The position numbers and the translations under genes were made by a program. A stretch of DNA of 64,000 nucleotides, from assembly GCA_965203055.1 (NCBI GenBank), contig OZ241863.1:2185313-2249312 (forward strand), given 5' to 3'. Below the pieces are notes generated by a model that saw only the letters and a list, made by a program, of their open reading frames with translations, made no database searches and was not told the DNA's origin. This document shows positions 39,501 to 45,282 of the stretch, piece by piece (positions within the stretch are counted from its first letter, which is position 1; each line of letters opens with the position of its first letter). This stretch comes from Spirochaetia bacterium. Its GTDB lineage: Bacteria; Spirochaetota; Spirochaetia; SZUA-6; Bin103.

Positions 39501-39554
39501 TGCCGCGACCCGCAGACCCTCGGCCAGCACCTGACGGCAGTTCATTCACGGTAG
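36468..39554 (+). CDS. res: Type III restriction endonuclease Res subunit (SF2 helicase + C-terminal PD-(D/E)xK nuclease)
   Basis: Helicase motif I CKMATGSGKTVVMAM, motif II LVLNDEGHHAY, motif VI EQVVGRGLRRMDY; C-terminal nuclease motif ...YEPDFIVRLTNGLHVVLEIKGQ... . The start is ambiguous: the ATG at 36468 would overlap the TOPRIM gene by 58 nt; a TTG at 36521 (LSASDTDTDT...) would overlap by only 5 nt. Confidence 0.8.
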   Translation: MPGTEVSARPDRGASERTLSASDTDTDTQLPLQPVEEPIICSPYAEPAAHWLYDTGTGLPSKIEGRREAGYWFKTERAGSAQQALFAEEERDDLPLVNVLRADVRRWRRAGWPGSSPITKKLLRHWWREDRSRRLFFCQLEAVETVIYLRELLARGRKPRWTPRLSLREFELLGKGRNPRPEEWVAKVAQPPKLADFPNSSGGRPIPRYACKMATGSGKTVVMAMLAAWSFCNRGAAPADPRFPRRALVVCPNLTIKERLQVLRPAAPGNYYEEFDLVPSALRPELAKGRVLVTNWHRLSPDSEEIRVGTVAVGRIGEETPEAFARNRLGDLYDGEPLLVLNDEGHHAYRPAPAADDLPATARAEREAATVWVDGLDRINAACGIDVCIDLSATPFYLQGSGYPEGSPFPWIVSDFSLVDAIECGITKIPRLPAADNTGQPDPKYFRLWEHVTRDLRPGERLTRGRPKPEVVYRKVEDALLTLAGEWKERFEQAQAAAPGQDRTPPVMIVVCDNTAIATHFHRMISGEEPDADHPQQKRYGSGIKGFPELWNAAGGQYTLRIDSKLLEAAESGDPAATRKDAAEELRRIVATIGRPGAPGARIRCVISVNMLSEGWDANNVTHILGLRAFSSQLLCEQVVGRGLRRMDYTPDPETGLLTAEYVDIFGVPFSLIPFKGRAPGAPAPADDSAPKHEVTALPERQAFEIRFPVVEGYVISLERHRVTCDVAQVERTALDPASVPVDTFVRPQVGYKVGAPGHYGGFGFESVDRQQYYAAHHPQTIAFEIARDVVRQLTDAADGGNGAANGNGAARQVARHALFPQALRIVQAYLRERVDLRGCHPCEIGLQTYAERIAALLAAAIRPHDSQGERPPLPRLNRYQPLGSTARVRFKTARPVQATQASHLNYVACDTGSWEQAAAVRLERLAGQGIVECYARNDHLEFTIPYQHYGDGEPRAYEPDFIVRLTNGLHVVLEIKGQSRADTDAKHEAAKRWVRAVNHWRRLGEWRFLVCRDPQTLGQHLTAVHSR

Positions 39555-40196
39555 AAGACGCGCCTGAACCACGCCACGAATGCCAAGGCCGCGGCGCTGT
39601 CGTGGCCGAAGTACTTGGCTCGAATGGCCGTGCCATAGGGCACCCCGGGTCTCTCTTGCCAGGCGAGCCACGCGTGCAGGACGGCCTTGCGCCGTGCGCT
39701 GTCGGGAAAGCGTGCGCCTCGCTCCTGCGCATGTTGGGTCGAGGTATCCGCGAGCGGCAGCAGCGGGTCCTTACTCTCGACGAGGTCGCGCAAGAACTCC
39801 TCCAAGGCGCCCGACCGCTGGTTGTCCGGCATCAACCAGACGCCTACGCGCGCCTGCACCAAGCCCGCATCGCCGGCCTTCCGGGGGAATCTCGTCTGGC
39901 AGCGTCACGCCGACTGGTTTGAGTCGGCCACAAACGGCACTCCATCGATCTCCCGGGACCTCGTCGGCATCCAGTACGAACCCTATCGATCGACCGGTAC
40001 TGGCATTCACATCGGTCTGCATCCCTGCAAGCAGCCGATCTGCTCCGCCGGACGGATCCTCTTCATCACCACGGGCGTGTTTGATGCGGACCGGGATGCT
40101 CTCGCAGTCGACGCCGTGCCTCAACAGCAGATGAACGATGGCGTGAGTATCGTCATTGCCTTCGACGCGGAGGATAGACGGCTCGATTTGGGGCAC
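39542..40196 (-). pseudogene. Second TOPRIM-like partner gene, apparently frameshifted (ORFs 39771..40196 and 39542..39862 in different frames)
   Basis: The upstream ORF has ...ILRVEGNDDTHAIVHLL... (Glu) and ...SIGFVLDADEVPGD... (DxD). The two ORFs overlap by 92 nt in different frames and together are about 218 codons, the size of a single DUF4276/RloB-like protein. Either a genuine frameshift or an indel error. Confidence 0.45.
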
Positions 40197-40199
40197 CGG

Positions 40200-41282
40200 T
40201 CAGCGGAGCTCGATCTCTTGGTCGCCGGCTATTGCGATCTCTTCGCCGGCGAAGCACACGGCGCGCTCCAGCGACGGGTGCACTTTCTGTATGGAGACTT
40301 CCCCGGCGAGATCAGGCCGCGACTTCACCAGCGACCCGAGCCCTCGAATGGAGTCATAGCTGTGCGTCGTCGCGAAAACCTGCACGTCGGACTCTTTCGC
40401 CACTTGGATGAGAAGCCGCCACACGTCTTCCATGACGGTCCAGTGCAGGCCGGCATCGATCTCGTCGATCAGCAGGAATCCATGGTTCGCTCCGTGCAGG
40501 GCAAGCCGCAACGCGAGCAAGCGCCGCAAACCGTCTCCGTAACTGCCGATCGGCATCCGCCGGCCTCCTTCACGGCGTCCCACCAGGATCGTTTTGCCCC
40601 TCGTTCTGTCCCCCGTCAGGAAATAGATCGAGGCGATCTCCGGCACGAGGAGCTGCATGTCCCGCGCGATTTCGTCCTCGCGTCCCTCGGCAATCACTTC
40701 GTCCCATGCGTCGCTCATCCTGGCATCCACCAGAGAACCCATATCCAGAAAGCGGACCGGAGGTTCGGAGGAGCCGTTGCGCCGGTATCTCGGCCAGAGC
40801 TGATACAAGAGCGTACCTTCCTTGTCCACCGGCAACACGGTCGATCTCTCGGTCCCGGTGGCGATGCGCAGGCCAAATTCCGGATCGGTCTCGTCTTCTA
40901 CATCAAGCGCACGCTGCCGCGTTCGACTTCTCATTAGGTCCCAGCGTTCGGCATCTTCCCCGACGTCATCAAGCGAAAGAATCGTCGCTGATATATCGTG
41001 CTGCTCCGACTTCAACACGAAACGAGTTCCGGGTTGGCACACATGGCCGGAGAACAGATGGGAGATGTCCACTCCATACCGCAACGAGCCAGTTTCGCGC
41101 CGCCGCCGGGCGACCTCTGCGAAGGCTGAGGGCCGGCCGTTGGAGACGAGCAGCTCGACCGCTTCGAGGACGGTCGTCTTGCCGCAGTTGTTCTTGCCGA
41201 CGATCAGGTTCACCCTCGTCAAGTCAGTCAGCCGATAGGAATCGAAGCCGCGGAATCCGCGCAGCTCAAGCGTCTTCATCAT
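40200..41282 (-). CDS. Second AAA/ABC-type ATPase of the OLD/AbiLi-like class
   Basis: From the ATG at 41282 (MMKTLELRGFRGFDSYRLTDLTRVNLIVGKNNCGKTTVLEAV, Walker A), ...GFLLIDEIDAGLH (Walker B), ...VFATTHS (H-loop). The ORF's 5' extension to 41411 would overlap the DinB-like gene and is low-complexity. Confidence 0.75.
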   Translation of the reverse strand: MMKTLELRGFRGFDSYRLTDLTRVNLIVGKNNCGKTTVLEAVELLVSNGRPSAFAEVARRRRETGSLRYGVDISHLFSGHVCQPGTRFVLKSEQHDISATILSLDDVGEDAERWDLMRSRTRQRALDVEDETDPEFGLRIATGTERSTVLPVDKEGTLLYQLWPRYRRNGSSEPPVRFLDMGSLVDARMSDAWDEVIAEGREDEIARDMQLLVPEIASIYFLTGDRTRGKTILVGRREGGRRMPIGSYGDGLRRLLALRLALHGANHGFLLIDEIDAGLHWTVMEDVWRLLIQVAKESDVQVFATTHSYDSIRGLGSLVKSRPDLAGEVSIQKVHPSLERAVCFAGEEIAIAGDQEIELR

Positions 41283-41779
41283 CAGGCGCGGGCGACCCAC
41301 GCTACGCCGGTGCCGGTGGTTTGGCGGATGCGTTCGCTGAGCTGGCCGGTGTGGTGCTGGAGATGGCGCAGATTGTAGGCCAGCCGCTCCACCGGGCCGA
41401 ACGGCAGCCACGAGAAGCCCGACTCGGCGCCCAGGTCCAGCGCCGCGATCTGCCGGCGCGCGTGGCCGCGGCAGAACTCCAGGAACTCCAGGATATTCTC
41501 CCGCGTATAGGCGGCCGCCTCCTTACCGAGATCCTCGGCGCCGTCGCGGTGTCCGCTCCAGGGGCGGTGCTCCGCTACGGTCCGAAACAGGTAGAGATGC
41601 GCGTAGAACAGGGCACGGTAGGCGATGTGCCAGAACCGGTTGACCTGCTCGGCGCTGTCCCAGGCGTCATCCGGGCACGCCCGCACCGCCGCCTCCAGCA
41701 TGTTCAGGCCGGCCCGGAATTGGGCATCGAACGCGGTACGAATGGAATCTTCTGCTGCCACGGTTCGATGGTAGGCCAC
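41282..41779 (-). CDS. DinB_2/DinB-YfiT-like family protein (copy 1)
   Basis: ...FRAGLNMLEAAVRACPDDAWDSAEQVNRFWHIAYRALFYAHLYLF...HRDGAEDLGKEAAAYTRENILEFLEFCRGHARRQIAALDL...LAYNLRHLQHHTGQLSE... has the His-rich four-helix pattern of the DinB_2 family. The start is uncertain (GTG at 41779 or ATG at about 41702). Confidence 0.55.
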   Translation of the reverse strand: MAYHRTVAAEDSIRTAFDAQFRAGLNMLEAAVRACPDDAWDSAEQVNRFWHIAYRALFYAHLYLFRTVAEHRPWSGHRDGAEDLGKEAAAYTRENILEFLEFCRGHARRQIAALDLGAESGFSWLPFGPVERLAYNLRHLQHHTGQLSERIRQTTGTGVAWVARA

Positions 41780-41857
41780 AACGGGGGTACTATCAACAGC
41801 GAACCGATGGACGCCGCCAGCGCCAGCCTGCCGATCAACCTTGCCAACCTGCTCCAC
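41297..41857. repeat. Direct repeat copy 1 (about 561 bp, about 97% identical to 43649..44210)
   Basis: Manual alignment of the two stretches shows only scattered single-base differences. Both copies carry the DinB_2-like gene. Confidence 0.8.
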
Positions 41858-41949
41858 GGCCGCGGTGTCGAGTCGGTATCGCTCGGCGCCCGCAGCCGAC
41901 GACCTGCCGGCGGCCACGCGGACCGGGCGCGAGGCGGCCACGGAGCAGG

Positions 41950-43308
41950 TCAGTAGAGGCGGTCGGATACGAACGGCGTGTTGTCTCGAGCGATGCGGCC
42001 CTTGTTCACCAGCAGAGTCCGAATCGCCAGCGGCGAAACCTGAAAGTGCTCGGCGACCTCCGTCTGTCTTTCCTCCGAAATGTCGATGTCCAACATGTCG
42101 TCCACCGCATCGTATGGACACAACAGCTCGGCCGCAAACGCACGCTGCGCCTTCTGGCGGTAGCTGTGCGCCCGGGTCGCGGGCAAGAGACGTTCAACGC
42201 CGTCGACCAGCCGATCGCCGATCAACCGAGCGAGATCGAAGCGGCGGCCGGTCTCCCACTTCGGCCTGAGCGCCAAGCGCGACCGATTGCCGTCGCCGGC
42301 GATGAAAAATGACAGTTCGTCGGAGCACACCGAGATATTCTCGATGGCGCTCATGGTCGTTCCCGCAAGGTCTGCAAGGCGGGCGTTGCAGACAGGATCG
42401 GTGCCGAGATTCTCTTGACGGCGGATCGCGCGAGCAGCGTCTTCTCCGGTCTGCCAGGCCGGGTTCTCGGCCCACTCCCGGTTCTCGAAATTCAACCGAA
42501 CCGCGGCGCCGGCATTCGCATCGAAACCGCGATCGATCGAAATTTGCCGGAGCGCGGAAGCGGACGCCACGTTTGCCCCCCTGTCAAGATGGGCGGCATG
42601 GGCAGCCAACTCTTCCACCGCATTGTCACCTATTTCTTTCGCATCGTCGAGATAGCTGCTGATGGTCCGTTCGTCGATCTCGTCCGGGTCAAAGCCAAGC
42701 CGCGCTTCCAGCCGACGAAAGCGGGTGCTGTCAGGATCTGTGCGCTCCGTCCGGAGATCGTTCCAGAGTCGATGAAGATTGGTATCGTGGACGTTGGCGT
42801 TGTCGAGAATCCCCAGAACCTGACGGGCGAACCGGTCGATTTCCGCTTCCAGGTCACCGGCTGGGACGACCTCCATCCTCGCGGCTCCCAAATACCGAAA
42901 CGGCACCGCCTTGAGTTCTTGCGAAGGTTCGGCGATCACGGCGCATCGAAACCCGTCCGAAGAAATCACGACATTAGGCCACACGTAGCCTTCGCCAATC
43001 GTGGCGGTACGGTGCGCCGAGTCCCAGCGACGGAGGACGTCCCGGCCATGTTTTCCCGGAGGCCCCGGAGGACCAGGTTCCCACCGCAGGCGCCACCAGT
43101 TCCAGATCAGCCATTCGGCGAAGTGGTAGCCGGAAACCCTCGGTCCTGTGGCGTATCCTTGGACATGATCATCGAATCCCTCGGTCATGAGCCGGCCGTT
43201 CACGGTGATCTCAAGCAGACCGAACCCTGCTCTTTCTTCTTCTTGTCCGTGATCGAGCGGTTGCGGGTCGAGGCGAAAAGTCACGGTGTCCTGCTTCTGG
43301 CGAGCCAC
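41950..43308 (-). CDS. Hypothetical protein with ImmA/IrrE-like C-terminal segment (no HExxH found)
   Basis: 452 aa, non-repetitive. The C-terminus ...RAFAAELLCPYDAVDDML...VSPLAIRTLLVNKGRI resembles the conserved tail of the ImmA/IrrE (COG2856) family, but no HExxH zinc motif is visible upstream. The N-terminal 350 aa is unrecognised. Confidence 0.5.
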   Translation of the reverse strand: MARQKQDTVTFRLDPQPLDHGQEEERAGFGLLEITVNGRLMTEGFDDHVQGYATGPRVSGYHFAEWLIWNWWRLRWEPGPPGPPGKHGRDVLRRWDSAHRTATIGEGYVWPNVVISSDGFRCAVIAEPSQELKAVPFRYLGAARMEVVPAGDLEAEIDRFARQVLGILDNANVHDTNLHRLWNDLRTERTDPDSTRFRRLEARLGFDPDEIDERTISSYLDDAKEIGDNAVEELAAHAAHLDRGANVASASALRQISIDRGFDANAGAAVRLNFENREWAENPAWQTGEDAARAIRRQENLGTDPVCNARLADLAGTTMSAIENISVCSDELSFFIAGDGNRSRLALRPKWETGRRFDLARLIGDRLVDGVERLLPATRAHSYRQKAQRAFAAELLCPYDAVDDMLDIDISEERQTEVAEHFQVSPLAIRTLLVNKGRIARDNTPFVSDRLY

Positions 43309-43652
43309 TCTCGAATCACCTCTTCACGCATTGCCCTGTCGTCCACACCCAGTCGATACCCGTGATAGCTTCGTCCTTCGTGCCCCAGTTTCGCCTCGTA
43401 AGGCTCTCCGTCCTGATCTACTGACCAGACATATTTCGGGTAACCACTCATGCGATACGTGCTCACCATTCCAAGCCTCAGACCATCGATGAGGAGCCTC
43501 TTAGCTTCGTCCCTTCTGATCACCCGCTTACTGTCGCACAGTGATTTGTGTGGTCGTGGACTGGGCGGACCGTGGAATCCATAGTCGGCGGGTATCGTTT
43601 CGGCATTCGCAGCCTCCTGACGCGGGGGCCGGATCAGTCGGGGCCGAGCCAC
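43281..43652 (-). CDS. Small hypothetical protein upstream of, and overlapping, the 452-aa gene
   Basis: 123 aa. ...MVSTYRMSGYPKYVWSVDQDGEPYEAKLGHEGRSYHGYRLGVDDRAMREEVIREWL... . No family recognised. The 3' end overlaps the next gene by 28 nt. The start is uncertain (the 5' end overlaps the DinB copy-2 stop region; an internal ATG at about 43469 is possible). Confidence 0.4.
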   Translation of the reverse strand: MARPRLIRPPRQEAANAETIPADYGFHGPPSPRPHKSLCDSKRVIRRDEAKRLLIDGLRLGMVSTYRMSGYPKYVWSVDQDGEPYEAKLGHEGRSYHGYRLGVDDRAMREEVIREWLARSRTP

Positions 43653-44131
43653 GGTACGCCGGTGCCGGTGGTTTGGCGGATGCGTTCGCTGAGCTGGCCG
43701 GTGTGGTGCTGGAGATGGCGCAGATTGTAGGCCAGCCGCTCCACCGGGCCGAACGGCAGCCAGGAGAAGCCCGACTCGGCGTCCAGGTCCAGCGCCGCGA
43801 TCTGCCGGCGCGCGTGGCCGCGGCAGAACGCCAGGAACTCCAGGATATTCTCCCGCGTATAGAGGGCCGCCTCCTTACCGAGATCCTCGGCGCCGTCGCG
43901 GTGTCCGCTCCAGGGGCGGTGCTCCGCTACGGTCCGGAACAGGTAGAGATGCACGTAGAACAGGGTGTGGTAGGCGATGTGCCAGAACCGGTTGACCTGC
44001 TCGGCGCTGTCCCAGGCGTCGTCCGGGCACGCCCGCACCGCCGCTTCCAGCATGTTCAGGCCGGCCCGAAATTGGGCATCGAACGCGGTACGAATGGAAT
44101 CTTCTGCTGCCACGCTTCGATGGTAGGCCAC
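43634..44131 (-). CDS. DinB_2/DinB-YfiT-like family protein (copy 2)
   Basis: Near-identical to copy 1 (...HIAYHTLFYVHLYLF...EAALYTREN...AFCRGH...DLDAESG...). The ORF's extension to 44572 is antisense to the HATPase_c_4 fragment and judged artefactual. Confidence 0.55.
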   Translation of the reverse strand: MAYHRSVAAEDSIRTAFDAQFRAGLNMLEAAVRACPDDAWDSAEQVNRFWHIAYHTLFYVHLYLFRTVAEHRPWSGHRDGAEDLGKEAALYTRENILEFLAFCRGHARRQIAALDLDAESGFSWLPFGPVERLAYNLRHLQHHTGQLSERIRQTTGTGVPWLGPD

Positions 44132-44210
44132 AACGGGGGTACTATCAACAGCGAGCCCATGGACGCCGCCAGCGCCAGCCTGCCGATCGACCTTGCCAAC
44201 CTGCTCCACG
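43649..44210. repeat. Direct repeat copy 2 (about 561 bp)
   Basis: See copy 1. Confidence 0.8.
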
Positions 44211-44212
44211 CG

Positions 44213-45248
44213 CGCGTGCCGTGGGACGACCGCCGGGCGCTGCAGGGGAGCCTCGCCGACCTGCGCGAAATGACGGTACGGGAGCACCTGCACGAGATCG
44301 GCAGCGGCCTGATCGCGGAGTCCGATGCAGCGGAGATCTACCGTCGCATGGGGATCACCATGCGGGTCAACGACCACGACGTGCCGCGCCACGTCGGGCT
44401 GCTGTTCTTCGCCGCCGAGCCGACCCGCTGGTTTCGCGGCGCCTGGATCGACTGCGCGCTGTTCGCCGCCGGCGGCAGCGGTGACGTCCAGGACGAGCGG
44501 GAGTTTCGCGGCGCGCTGGCGCAGCAGGCGCGCGACTGCCTGCAGTACCTGTACGCGCGGTCGCCGGTCCACCTGCGCAAGGTGCCGGAACGGATCGAGG
44601 CGCGCCGCTGGCGCGCCTGGCCGGAGACGGCGCTGCGCGAGACTCTGGTGAACGCGCAGCTACGAACCCGACGCGGTGGAGCCTACCAAGGTGTACCTGT
44701 ACCCGGACCGCGTGGAGATCATCAGCTATCCGGGGCCGGCGGCGGGGCTGGAGGCGGAACACTTTGCGCTGCGCTCCCCGTTCCCGATGGTACCGGCGCG
44801 CAACCGCCGCATCGGCGAGTTCTTCAAGGAGCTGGGCCTGGCCGGGGCGCGGCTGACCGGGCTGCGCAAGGTGGCCGCGGCGATGGCCGCCAACGGCTCC
44901 CCTGCGCCGCGTTACGACTTCGACCCGCAGCGCACCTACTTCCGCGCCACGCTGCCGGCGCATGCGGAATACGCCGCGCTGTCCGCGGTGCGAGACGCCG
45001 CCGAGCTGCGCGCCCTGGGCGACGCGGAGGCGGCGCACGCCCTGCTCGAGTCGGCCTGGGAATCGAACCCGGCGTCGGCGGCGCTGGCCGCCGAGCTGAT
45101 CCGGTCGCACGCCGCGCGCGGCGAGCCGGACCGGGCGGAGCGGGTGCTGGACCGCTTCGGGGAGCGCGCGCCGGACGGCGCGCGGCGCGCGCTAGCGGAA
45201 GCGCTGGCCGCGGTCCGCCGCGGGCGCCGGACGCCGCCGCGCGCTTGA
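44213..45248 (+). pseudogene. Truncated and frameshifted AlbA_2/HATPase_c_4-type putative regulator (RecG-C-terminal-like ATP-binding protein)
   Basis: The coding frame begins abruptly at the repeat boundary with no AlbA_2 N-domain, then shifts frame near 44680. The second frame carries the HATPase_c_4 signature ...PARNRRIGEFFKELGLAGARLTGLRKV... . Confidence 0.55.
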
Positions 45249-45282
45249 CGGACGGCGCGCGCCCGCCCACGCTGCAGCCAGC

